A DNA stretch of 47,921 bases from Catajapyx aquilonaris. Lineage: Eukaryota. Positions 1-11,240 of this stretch are shown here, piece after piece; position 1 is the first letter of the stretch; every line of letters begins with the position of its first letter. A program made the translations under genes and the position numbers. The stretch is from NCBI GenBank assembly GCA_000934665.2, contig KZ538855.1:1-47921 (forward strand). The letters run 5' to 3'. The notes beneath the pieces are model-generated. The model was given only the letters and a program-made list of their open reading frames with translations, was not told the origin of the DNA and ran no database searches.

Positions 1-876
1 TACATAGCTGACGCGTTTTGGTGTCGTCAGCCATTTTCATTCCAATATGGCGGCACAATATGTGCACTTACCCCGGGTGTGCACTTCCCCCACTTCACCC
101 TATCAGTTAAAATCCATTTGACTTCAATGGAGCAACCGAGTCAAGCAATTCAGAAATTTTCTCTAAAGTTCACCTAATGAATGATTAGGCAGGATAAGCA
201 ACACGATATAACTGTTGACTGCCCACGACTGCCCAGGACGACATATTCAATTTACATTAACTACATCTTGACTATCCTGCCGCGTGCCTGTATAATTATC
301 GCCACGTGGACGGCACGAGGCACATCTGGTGTATTATCTGCAGTGTTTCTGACTCACTCCGTTTCTGATCAGGTGATGTATAATTTCTGATTCTGAATCC
401 ATTAATGCAAATCAGTGTCTATATAACCCAGGTAACTCTCAAGGAAGGCCCTATTCTGAGACGAGAAACTTCAGAGACTACAGTCACATCCAGGCCTGAT
501 CCTACAGCCAACAACGCAGTAAGTATTCCCATTTGTAAGCCTTGCCAAATAGACCATTGTAAAATCATGTTGGTGTACTTTCTAAGTCCCCAGTTTCAGA
601 GTGGGGAGCATTAATTTGAGTTTTAAAATGTTCACCTCAGCTATACCACATTTAGAGAGAATCAACTCGAAGTGAAAGTTTATTCTTGATTGCTTCATCC
701 CATGAATTTAAACTGGTTTCTGGAGTAAACAACAAGGAACTTATATTTCCCTCCCCGAAATTGAGTAGCATATAGAGTGAGCGGTTTTTCACGCCTGCTG
801 TGACGCTATGCGGCTCATCCTATTTCTATTACAGGTTGTCATTGACAAAGGGAGTTAACTAATTTATCCGATCATC

Positions 877-3173
877 ATGGGCAAGTTCATTGCTGTCTTT
901 GTGGCCATGCTGGGATCGGCATGCTTCATGTGGCAAAGCGTCAACTCCGTAAATCAAACCTGCATTACGTATGATTGGACGAAGCCATCAACAAGTGCGT
1001 TTGAGCCAAAGAAGGTAAGCCAGAGAGAAACAAACCATAATGCACGATTGCACGCCGAAATTACCGATCCGATAGCTCATAATGGATCGTTAGGAGTCCT
1101 TTTAACGTGTCCTGACGATCTGTTAGGAGCTATCGAATCGGTAATTTCGTTGGTGCAATCAGGCATAAGTGTAATAATCACCTATACCTCCGTCCTTGTC
1201 GGAGTAAAATGCGAGTAAAGAGAGCGTGCAGGAATATTTCACTGGGAAATATAGATTTATTTTTGTGGGACCGTATATAATCCGTGCTAACAAGTGCTAA
1301 TAAAGAAGCTGAAACAACTAGTGTGAAATAACCTCGCAATGAGCCTTAATTGTCATCCACAGGTTAACGGAACGTGGTATGCCCAGTATAGCTCACCACC
1401 AGGCAGCTTGAAGTGTCACACATTGAACATCTCAATTTTAACATCCGATTCAGACGACCTCAAAGCGGACGGGAAGTATACATATAGATATACGTGAGTA
1501 TATTCATCTTGTTTCAAAGGTCGAGTCATACCCGTAGATCGGTGCAAATAGGTGGAAATCTCTCGAGGACGCTCACTTTCACAGTACTTAGGCTACCGAT
1601 ACCGGTACTCTACTTGTAGCCAACTTCCCTGATCTATATAATGTGGAAAAGAAGTGTATGCAAGTCAATGGTAGTAGTGTGTGCATTATTCTCAGTCGAA
1701 TGGGGGGGGGGGGGGGGNNNNNNNNNNNNNNNNNNATGCCGATGGCATAAGGGGCACCAGAGCATCATTTTATGTAGAGGGGTCATCATCTCTAGGCAGC
1801 CCCATTACGTAGATAATTGACCTCAACCAACTAGTATAAAATATCCTGGCAGGTATGCGAACCTTCAGCCGCCAATCGCTTCACAGGTCATGTCGCAGCT
1901 ATTTTCTGGGGGGCTACTGCCACACTGCTATTGGGGTAGTCACTAAGGGCTCTTAGAATGCATTTCCCCCCAGATGCACTGCTATTCTACAATCACACTT
2001 AAGCGCAATCGCCACTTCGCAAATGATCAATTATCTACGTAATGGGGCTGCCTAGAGATGATGACCCCTCTACATAAAATGATGCTCTGGTGCCCCTTAT
2101 GCCATCGGCATATCGCTTACGGTAGAGTTCTGATACACCCTGTATATGAGAATCCTTACTCGCAAAAGAAGGCTGACACCACCGCTGACACTATCCGAGA
2201 CTTATAGCAAGACGACAAGAAACGAAACCAGTGCAATGGATGGAAATTCCACCCATTATTATTTAAATTAATAAGGAATGGTAGCGTGAAGGGATGTATA
2301 ACTATAGGGCCACTAGGACATTTAGTACAGCGCAGGTTATAAAGCAGTTATCGTATAGTAACGAGGCTTCTGAGCAACCAAATGACACTTCCACGTAAAA
2401 TATGTAATTATCTCATGATGCAGGGGAACACTCCTAAGAAGTTTGCCGTCATCCTTACTGTTCTTATTTACGAGTATTATTCGCTACCACTTGGCGAGAG
2501 CGAGCGTCTGCCAGACAGGCCTACTTCTTGTGTATAAAAAGTAACTGGCACCTCATATCCATCTAGTACACAGTAGTCTACACCCTACACTGTGTACTAT
2601 TACTAACGACGCTATTATTCAAAGCGAAATGCAACACGAACTATTGCTCATAATCATATTCATTCACATAACTCAAACTTTCAGCACCATTGCAGGCCTA
2701 CATGTAATAGACACAGAATGCTACGAAGTGAGCAATTTGACTCGCCAGCAGGATGACAACACCGGAAATGTGGTGTACAAGGGTACCGCTAATGTCAAGA
2801 TCACCTGCTGCAATGTGCCTACAGATCCTGCAAAAGTCACAATTAAAATGTTGTACATCGGGTGCAACTGTATGAGCATTGAATTCACGGCTACTTCGAC
2901 GTCTCAAAGTGAGTTTTAGCGCTACAGCCATAATCACTTTGCAATAATTAATTGAGCCTTTTATCCTGTTCAGCTATGTAACTGGTTTTTAACCTTTCAG
3001 ACCAGAAGATGAATATGACCTTTGTTAAGGATCAGCCAACGTTGTGTGGTTCTAAGAACGAATGCCAAACGCGGATGGAGGAAGATGGCAACTCCGATAT
3101 GGTTAAAATTTACGAAAATTGCAAAGATCCCAATCCCCTTTGCAAATATACCTTTCCCCAGTGTCCCCAGTGA
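877..3173 (+). CDS. Secreted lipocalin/calycin-like protein, ~221 aa; exons 877-1014, 1363-1493, 2685-2908, 3001-3173
   Basis: N-terminal signal peptide MGKFIAVFVAMLGSACF. Splicing exon 1 to exon 2 creates the lipocalin SCR1-like motif AFEPKK|VNGTWYAQY (F-x-x-x-K-x-x-G-x-W-Y). All three introns are GT-AG, phases 0/2/1 are compatible, and the total of 666 nt is open to TGA at 3171-3173. Confidence 0.8.
1038..1168. mobile_element. Short palindromic MITE-like element in lipocalin intron 1
   Basis: Left arm ATGCACGATTGCACGCCGAAATTACCGATCCGATAGCTC is nearly the reverse complement of right arm GAGCTATCGAATCGGTAATTTCGTTGGTGCAATCAGGCAT. Confidence 0.6.
1718..1735. other. Assembly gap (18 N) after a poly-G run
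   Basis: N characters in the sequence. Confidence 0.99.
1736..2144. mobile_element. Tc1/mariner-type MITE with long inverted repeats; left terminus lost in the gap
   Basis: Perfect 85-bp inverted repeat (1736-1820 vs 2027-2111). The right end ...TGATACACCCTG|TA reads TA|CAGGGTGTATCA on the - strand, a typical Tc1/mariner-like terminus with a TA target site. Confidence 0.75.
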
Positions 3174-3214
3174 TTTATTTAATATGCCTATGTTGCTGAT
3201 TGATATGTTACTTG

Positions 3215-3251
<37 letters not shown>

Positions 3252-3258
3252 AATGATG
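3215..3258. repeat. (GAT)n microsatellite in lipocalin 3' region
   Basis: Direct trinucleotide repeat. Confidence 0.95.
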
Positions 3259-3879
3259 ACAAAGTATCTGGATATATCTGAAGCCGCGACACTAATGACG
3301 GCAATAAAATACGCAGCTAGATGTGCTACGTAGTTTGATGTTATTCTTTATGGTGTACATTGGTAATGATTGGCTAAATGAATTATAAATGAGTGTATCA
3401 TCAATAAATCAGAGAGCAGTAATGACGTTTATTTTTGAGGGGGCAAGCACCGACGCGACGTCTAAAAGGGGTGACCGTAGTTTTTGTATAGTTTTTTTGC
3501 TGTATCCCAGCTGCATCCACAAGGATCGATGGAGCAGAAGGCAAAGGTATAGCAATTCAGAAAAAATATGGCTGCCCATTCTCCTCTGATCATGCGAGCC
3601 ACCTCATCAAGCACTAACAGCACTTTGTTCTGTGAGCTTTCAATCACATTCATTGCAGCTTTTATAACAGGACGTACTGCACCCCAGAGAGATTAGTAAC
3701 TCAAGTGACACTGAAAATATTGCACAGTAAAGCAACGATATAGGAAATTCACCTATTCACTCCGTTCTTTCCCAGCACCTGCATATCACAACCCATCCGT
3801 CATATTCTCCATTGCGCCTACGTGCAGTACTGTATAGGGCCTACATTACCAACTGCATCAAGCCATGAGCATAAGGTCA

Positions 3880-3931
3880 GTAAGGAGTACCTGGGAGTAC
3901 CACTGCAGATGTAGGCTACACCGGAGTACCG
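3880..3931. repeat. Dispersed GAGTACC-rich repeat; inverted copy at 46656-46706
   Basis: GTAAGGAGTACCTGGGAGTACCACT...TACACCGGAGTACCG matches the reverse complement of 46656-46706. Confidence 0.7.
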
Positions 3932-5694
3932 ATGTACCCCTTGCAGTATCGATATGTAAACGAGGTCTTCTATCAATAATCCAGCAAAATCCAGGCAGAA
4001 TAAATTATGAAGTACCTTTTTTCCATGTGTCTGCATACATTTTGCCCCATGATAATTATTATGATGGGCAAGGCATATTATACCACATGTGTGGGGAAAT
4101 GCCACGCTGTACACTTCTTATTATGAGCGACAAAATATCGACAGTTGGGCATAACTACGTAATATAGGCAGTTCCATTTTTATAACATGCCCGGTACTAA
4201 TGAACACACTGGATCTATCGCCTTTTTAACACATGCTGTTAATTTTCTCAAACAATTACAAAAAATGAATGAAGTAGATACTAGATTACGTGTATAATGT
4301 GCTGCAAGGTGACACGACAATAAACATTTCGTGCAAGTGACCGATGGCCAGTAGCTTATTATGATGTACAAGTAGCCCCCCCCCCCCTGCCATTATCAAG
4401 CTCTCAACTTGAAGACATTGATGAGATTGTGCACTATTTATGAGAATTTGGCTTAATCTAATTAGTGGAAGAACACCTTTTCAAAGTGTCATTAATTCAA
4501 GTTTGTTTGGTGTCACCCCTCATTTTCAAACAAACTTGGATTAATAACAGTTGTTGTTACAAATGCACGAAATGTATGTTCCAAAATGTCATCTCTGTAT
4601 CGCCTGAACATCAAACTTATGTAAATGAGACACTTAATATTGATTTAGTAGCTATACTTACGCCGCTGTACTTTTTGCCACAGAATGACCTTTCGTCCTT
4701 GATATGAAGAGCAGCAAGGTCACACACCACTTTTTCAGGGCAAGGCGATGCTCACTACGTGTGAGAAAGGGATATGCCGGTATCAATAGAAGCCAATCAA
4801 AAGGAGCCACCTGAGGCAGATGGCAAGATAATATTATGCCAATGTGATACGACACGTGATCTGCAACTGGTTAATACTGATGTTCATTTGGGGTAACAAT
4901 TAACTGACAATAACTCGACAAACACAAACTGAAACTGACCTCAACCACTCCAAACAAAATGAAACGGAGACGAATTCAGGTCAAAACTCAAAAGAGAGCA
5001 CTCTGCATTAACATTTCGCAAATAACAAAATGATAATGAAGTAGTGAAAATTCAACGTATAGCTGCAGACGGATTTAGTGATCAGAACATTATAATCTAT
5101 ACAGGTAAAATATTAGTTGTCATAACTTTAAAAAATCGTTTACAAACATTGCTCTCTTTCACAGTATACCTGAGTGGAAGACGAGCTACACTTGTATACG
5201 TACGGAAAATTCTGAAGTGATTACTATTTTGTCCAGCAGTGTAGACTACCTGCGACAACTTTTTGAGGCTTCCAAAAAAAAAGTGACACTAAACTGCGTA
5301 TCCTTACATGCCCAATATTGCAGGTTGTCACCAATTAGCACCTGATTGGAATCCAGCTCTGTCACTATTGCGTCAGACATTTCTGTATCCGGGTAAACTC
5401 CATTTGACCCCTGAGAGTCAAAAGTTCGGGTGCATCAAATGGGTGGTGCGGACAAGTGGTTAGCTCAAAATTAACGCTTCGCTGTTGTTACATTAAAAGT
5501 TTATAATCCAATAAGATTACACCAAGTGCACCACCTGCAGACGGCAGGAGAAAACTACGGATTTTTTGGGGGGTCCTGTCTAATTTACGGGTAAGCTGAT
5601 TTTGCAATTGTGTGGATAGTTTTATTAATAAATGCAGTAGGAGTGTGCATTATAGGCACGTGGACAGCAGACATCTTTGTGTATTCGTTGAAAA

Positions 5695-5788
5695 ATTGGC
5701 GATTTGGCTATAACAAACCTCGGTTATAACCGACTGATTTCCTCGGTCCCTTGAAGTCTGTTAGGGCCTACATTCGGATTCAACTGCA
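5695..5788. mobile_element. Terminal fragment of the pogo/Tigger-like MITE seen intact at 40182-40649
   Basis: TTGGCGATTTGGCTATAACA...CGGTCCCTTGAAGTCTGTTA...CGGATTCAACTG resembles 40581-40647. Confidence 0.6.
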
Positions 5789-6514
5789 TGTTGGCAGCTT
5801 GCAGGTTTAATTTGTAGAATATAATGCTGAATTTTCCGGAATTTTTGTCAGCTTCTCATTCTCATGGGCTGGCTTCAGACATCCTTTGTCCTTTGTGATA
5901 TGTTCACCGGAAATATGTCACTGGACGAACAAGATAACTAAAAGTCTAAAACTCTTAATCACGCATGACTCCTTCCCGAAGTCACTTTGAAGGCACCATA
6001 TAGTACTGTATGCTTCATTTAAAATCTTGGACATAATAATAATAATGATTAAACATTAAATATTAGATATGATACACATAATTTTATTATTATACAGTAT
6101 TTGGTAACATATGGTAAAAATATATACAGTAGGCTAAACATTACGACCAAGATGGAGGCATGCAGTTAGAACTGGTTTTTCCATTCGCCCTCAGCCTTCC
6201 AGAAAGGATTAGGACCAGAAAGATTGGAATGTCGCAAACCTTGGGAATTTTCCCTTTTACCTATTGTCTTAAAATTAGTCACCATCCTGCACCCTCCTGT
6301 GTCCCCAACCCCCAAAGAGCCATGGATTCCTCCTCTTGCGATAAGGGGAGGCTACTGGTGGCGTCGTCTCTTTCTGGTGATTTCACCACCATTCACCAAC
6401 CTCGAGGGATCAGCGAGTCACCATTCGGCTCAATAAGAAGCAAGAGCCATTGCCTCCTCAGCCCCTTCTTCGCTCAGACTGTCCATTCTTGTGGTGTATC
6501 CAGCAGTGTGTGCG

Positions 6515-6765
6515 TCAGTTGCCGTCATTGGTTTGGACAGTTTGGACCATACATCGCCGACGTGTGTTCGAGTCCATTTGAAGGAGCAGAGAAAGGTAGG
6601 TTTAGAATAGTTGTTGGAGTAGTGAAGAGATTGGCTTGCACCATCGAGGGTTTTGGGGATGGGGCCGTAGGCCTACTGTACAAAAGCTGACCATATTTTT
6701 GCTCTCACCGATAGTTGATTGCGGAAATAAAAGTGTTAATCCCACGAATTGTTTCCTTTTTTCAG
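6515..6765 (+). promoter_or_regulatory. Probable initiator, non-coding first exon (to 6595) and 5'UTR intron (6596-6765) of F-box gene 1
   Basis: TCAGTT (arthropod Inr consensus TCAKTY) at 6515; donor AAAG|GTAGG at 6596; pyrimidine-rich acceptor TTTCCTTTTTTCAG ending 6765, 12 nt before the ATG. Confidence 0.55.
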
Positions 6766-6777
6766 ATTGCAGTCAGT

Positions 6778-7920
6778 ATGGCGCCGACATTCTCAGACTT
6801 CCCTCCCGAGGTGAAACTCCGCGTCTTCTCGTACCTGCAGCCCGGGGACAAGCTTCTGCGGGCTTCCCTTGTCTGTCAAGAATGGAGAAAACTGATGTTG
6901 GACTCCAGCCTCTGGATGAATATTGAGCTGGACGGCCGGAAGATGACGGATGAGGAAGCGGCGGAAGTGGTCAGGCGGATGCCACAGCCCAAGAAGCTCT
7001 TCTTGATGAACTTCCTTCGCGCTGACCTTGTCCTGCAGGAGGTGGCCGAGAAGTGGAGCGCACTGGAAGGGTTAGTCATGAAAGAGGTCACCACGGTCAC
7101 AACCTATACTATGCAAGCCGTCGCCCAACAATGCATCGAACTGCGTGAGGTCAGCTTGGACCGCTGTCGTCATCCGGACGGAACCACCAACCCAATCGAA
7201 CTGTTCTCAGCCTGCGAGAACCTGACTGTGCTCAAGTTGGTCACATTTGCCCAACGTGCCCCGATCACTGCGACTCCAAAGTATCCGAGGCTGACCCAAG
7301 TCAACATGTTCATTCACGGTGTCTGCGACTCTGAACTGAAGGCGCTGATGGACTCTTCCGATGGACAACTCCGCCAACTTCAGCTCCGAGCCGACCTGAA
7401 GGAGGAAGCGACTTTGGTGGCCTTATCCGAGCAGCCTCTCGAGGTCCTCCACATCCACTTTGCTAGCCCGATATCCGACGACCTCCTCCGGATCAGTGTC
7501 TACCCTCTGCACCACCTTCGAGAGCTGCATCTCCACAACGCTGGAGACAAGCGGAACGCTCCTAGTAGTCCATCCCTGTCCGCACTCTTCGATCACCAAC
7601 ACTTCCCCAACCTGGAGGTCCTCTCCCTCTTCTCATTGTCCAACCTGGACGACAACCACCTCTTCCTGATGTCCTACAACTGTACCACCCTGGTGAGACT
7701 CTCCCTGGTCCTTACCCAAGCATCCTTCTTCGGACTTGTCCATGTGGTGCACAGTTGTAGAGGACTGAAGCACCTGTTTTTTTATCCGACCAGTCGTTTG
7801 AACCTGTTTGAACCGGAAGCGCAGTACCTGGCCAAGATGAAGAAGGACATGACCCTCGAGTATGTGGACAACTTGGCATGTCACACGCACCAACACCTGA
7901 TACCAGCACCCCTGGTTTGA
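6778..7920 (+). CDS. F-box/leucine-rich-repeat protein (FBXL-type SCF substrate receptor), 380 aa, CDS in one exon
   Basis: N-terminal F-box FPPEVKLRVFSYL...LLRASLVCQEWRKLMLDSSLW, followed by degenerate LRRs (LREVSLDRC, LRELHLHN, FPNLEVLSLFSLSNLDD). The ATG at 6778 lies just after a splice acceptor; the longer ORF-track start lies in the intron. Confidence 0.9.
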   Translation: MAPTFSDFPPEVKLRVFSYLQPGDKLLRASLVCQEWRKLMLDSSLWMNIELDGRKMTDEEAAEVVRRMPQPKKLFLMNFLRADLVLQEVAEKWSALEGLVMKEVTTVTTYTMQAVAQQCIELREVSLDRCRHPDGTTNPIELFSACENLTVLKLVTFAQRAPITATPKYPRLTQVNMFIHGVCDSELKALMDSSDGQLRQLQLRADLKEEATLVALSEQPLEVLHIHFASPISDDLLRISVYPLHHLRELHLHNAGDKRNAPSSPSLSALFDHQHFPNLEVLSLFSLSNLDDNHLFLMSYNCTTLVRLSLVLTQASFFGLVHVVHSCRGLKHLFFYPTSRLNLFEPEAQYLAKMKKDMTLEYVDNLACHTHQHLIPAPLV

Positions 7921-8781
7921 ATAATTATTATTAGTGCCTCGAAGTGTTATCGGACACTGTAAATTTTTTGATAGCAGGTGAATTTTTTCACATGTGATTG
8001 GCTGAGATTTTTATATCTGCCGAATGAGTGTGGGATAATATTTGCAAATTGAACATTTCGTATTTTTTGTGAGAGCAATTTTTGTGACGAGTGATTGAAT
8101 TAAATCTTTGTTCCGAATTAATTTTTTAGCATTTGAGTACATTTTTACATGTTATTTAAGTTTAATTTAGTTCAGAGTTTTATAGATCCTGAGTTAATTT
8201 TTGTGGGGAATTTGCATATACAGTAGTTTGAGATGCCGCGTATACTTTTGAAAAGTATACTGAATTTTTCGTCATGATTTCAATGAAATCGGGTAATTTT
8301 TATGCAGAATCCATTACGCGAATAATTACACAAATTGTGTACATGTTATAATAGGTTAAGGCGTAAAAAAAACTTTTACTTAGTTTTTGATTTTTCATTT
8401 GTAGCTACTAAGTGATTGTTAAGCATTCATTTGAAAGTAGCCTACATTATGTAGCTATATGTTTGCCACATTACGTAAAACACATTGAATTGAAATTACA
8501 TGTATTTGTCTACCCTAACAAGAAGCGTTGCACTTTCGAATTGTTAACAAAAATAATGCTACTTCATGAGGATTGAAATTAAATCATGCACTTCTGCTTT
8601 TATATTTGCTCTCTCATTTTTTTATTTTTTATTTTTTCAGAATGGAATGTAGTAGCTACTGTAGGCCCCCTACTTATTCAGCACAATAAGTCCAATAAAA
8701 TTCTGTACTGACAAGGTGCGACATAACCAGCACTTTTTCCAACCTTACTTGTTCACAACAATCATTTATATTGTTGTGAAA

Positions 8782-9109
8782 GGTTGGCAACACTGCCGGT
8801 TGGCTACATTTAATGCCATAGCCGCTATTTTATTCCCAGCTTTTTAAATATAGCTTTCAAAATGTGTGTTAATAAGCCGCGTTGTTATTTTTTTGCCTCT
8901 TTTTGCATGTTGTGTTCCATTGTTACGATTTGGATTATGGAACGTCGCTAAGATCTTATTTCGTCAAGTAGTTTTTGGCCGAATAAGTCGGATTTTGACG
9001 TGTGAAGAAGACTGGTAATTGCTGCAAGGTTTGTAATAATTGCATGCGAACAGGGTTTCGTCAATATATCATAATAATTGTTCATTGAAAATCTTGCTTT
9101 TATATACAG
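8782..9109 (+). promoter_or_regulatory. Probable Tom22 promoter region and 5'UTR intron (9029-9109)
   Basis: GGTTGGCAACACTG motif of the kind often seen upstream of arthropod housekeeping genes; donor CAAG|GTTTGT and acceptor TATACAG| just upstream of the ATG at 9131. Confidence 0.45.
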
Positions 9110-9130
9110 AGCATCATTCTATATATCATC

Positions 9131-10225
9131 ATGTCTGTGGATGCAGCTTCAGGTCATCCAGACTCATCCGGAATCAGTGGTGCTGGAAACTTCAGACTGA
9201 GGTTCGTCAGTCCAGCAGCACAGGTGAACGAAGATGATGGTCATCATCCAGACGAGGAGTTTGAAACTGATGATGTACGTGGGGGGAAGTTATTTGCACT
9301 TTTGATCATAAACTATTAAAGCATATATATTGCAGGATCTGGATGAGTCAATGGCTGAACGACTGGTAGGACTGACTGAGATGTTTCCAGAGTCAGTGCA
9401 ACACACTTCAAGCCTAGTGCTTAAAGGAGCTCTTCGAGGTGTTAAGTGTCAGTTACATTTTTTTTTTTGAGTTCCCAACATGTCAGAATATAAGGCATGT
9501 ATATGTTTGATAAGTCATGTTATAACAAATTGGGATGAAAATGTGCAAAATTATTATCTGCACTCATCCAAACTGGAGCCTATTGTATAGTGCACATTTT
9601 GATTTAATTAGATATTTTGTATTGTTCCTAATGAATGCAGGATAATTTGCAAATTGTGGAACGTTTTGCATTTTTTTTTTTGTGAGAGCAATTTGTCATG
9701 TGTGATTGAATTTCATACTGATTTGTTCCGAATGATTTTTTTTTTTTTTAAATACTAATTATTTACAGGCTTGTACAAGTTCACTCGCAACTCAGCCTGG
9801 ATTTTCTTCAGCACTGCTGCCGTTTTGTTTGCTCCCATTGTCTTTGAAATGGAGCGAGCCCAAGTGAAGGAATATGAACAGCAGCAGCAGCGACAGGTAC
9901 GCATAAATATATTATGTTTACTCAACTTTTAAAATGAATCTTTTTTTATATGCTCATATGATCATCCTGCAAGACATGTGCTCTCTCAATATATAATCAC
10001 ACCGTTACTTGTACTGTACTGTGTATATACAGCTAGATATTACAAAAATTATTGCTTATTGTAGCAGATCATGAAGATTCCTGCAGCACATGCGGTGGCA
10101 ATAAGAAGGCTACACGACATAACAATGACAGCGTAAATGATATTAATTTCTATTTTCATTTGCAGATACTCTTGGGTCCCAATGCAGCTCGGAATGGTGT
10201 TGCTGGTGGACCTGCAAGGCGTTAA
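9131..10225 (+). CDS. Tom22: Mitochondrial import receptor subunit Tom22; exons 9131-9274, 9336-9447 (or -9438), 9769-9896, 10166-10225
   Basis: Spliced product has an acidic N-terminus (DEEFETDD), the Tom22 signature DESMAERLVGLTEMFPE, a TM segment SAWIFFSTAAVLFAPIVFEMER and C-terminal QQQQRQILLGPN. GT-AG introns stay in frame; AATAAA at 10302. Confidence 0.93.
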
Positions 10226-10419
10226 TCCTATACCCTGCTGAGTAGAAAATAGTTTTGCAAGCGCATGTCGGTTGATCAAAAAGGCTGTGAAAATATTGGC
10301 CAATAAAAGTTACTGTGCACACATGACATTTTACCATTGCAAAAGTTGAGATGTTAGCAGTTATAGTGTTGCTGATTGCAATTTCACCTCAACACTTATA
10401 TAATGTTTGAATTAGTTGC

Positions 10420-10555
10420 TATTGTAACAACTAATTCAAACATATGTGTTACTTATAAGTTATAACAACAAATTAAAACATGCGCTACTTGTAAGTTGTA
10501 ACAGCTAATTAAGCCATAAACTGTGTGTGTTACTTGTAACAACTAATTAAAACAA
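10420..10555. repeat. Degenerate AT-rich minisatellite, ~37-bp unit (TTGTAACAACTAATTAAAACAT...TTACTT), ~4 copies
   Basis: Recurring TGTAACAACTAATT and TTACTTGTAA words. Confidence 0.65.
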
Positions 10556-11240
10556 TAAGTATTTGTATTTCGAATTTTTATTTTTTATGTCTTAGTATGT
10601 TCATTTTTAAAGGTATTTAGTATTTAGTATTTGCATTATTTTGTGAAGGATATCAGAGTAAATCACAGCACGTACCGTACATTCACTCTGTCGTAGTAAT
10701 GATAATTTTGAATTGATTTTCGGCATTACTCGTTACAGCCATATATTTTATTTTAAGCAGGAGGACATATACTTGTAGGTTATAAGCCTCTGTACATCAT
10801 TATTCAAGTGTACAGTTGCTCAATTGAAATTGCCGCTTCATGTAATAGCAAGTGGTTCGAGCACTTGCTGCCAGATGTCGCCTCAGTCGCCTCATTATCG
10901 TCAATTTTATTATCACACACCCTGTAGTTTACTGTCAATTATTTGATTTACTTGGTGTACATGCCCACCAAGTACATTTAGGCCCAACTGGTGTACTAAG
11001 TGATTGAGGAGTGGGTACGCCTAATGTGTACACCGCATGCTGCTCAAGTATGCTGTGTACTTTAGTTTGCATGAACTTCATGTAAGCTGGTTGTACAGGT
11101 AATTGGGCATTGTGCGTACTAGGACATGCGTACAACAGTTGGTTGTTACGCAGGCCTAGTCATACACATCGCACTGATAGCATTCGCTTCCACAGGTTGC
11201 CGGTTGATAACACTACGCTGAGATTATGGCCGCAGTCGTG

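Noticed and set aside
55..102. TGTGCACTT.CCCC direct repeat ending CACTTCACCCTA, resembling a MITE terminus
   Set aside because: The partner end would lie outside the window, so it cannot be confirmed.
2161..2540. Possible extra lipocalin exons after AG at ~2168 or ~2423
   Set aside because: Frames end in stops without a suitable donor; the 1493->2685 join already preserves phase.
3022..3333. ORF with poly-Met, and similar poly-Ala/Leu/Met ORFs at 46816-47123
   Set aside because: Products of (GAT)n/(TGC)n microsatellites or alternative frames of real exons.
6160..6690. 176-aa + strand ORF upstream of F-box 1, and short - strand frames ending near an AATAAA at ~6085
   Set aside because: No recognisable domain. 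It overlaps the likely Inr, leader exon and intron of F-box 1, and the - strand frames are broken by stops and could not be spliced into a coherent gene.
6715..6777. N-terminal extension of the 401-aa ORF
   Set aside because: It starts at a non-ATG codon inside the 5'UTR intron; the ATG at 6778 after the acceptor is preferred.
10847..10870. Small hairpin GCAAGTG-GTTCGA-GCACTTGC with a B-box/T-loop-like GGTTCGA
   Set aside because: No A-box, cloverleaf or SINE tail around it; too short to call a tRNA or SINE.
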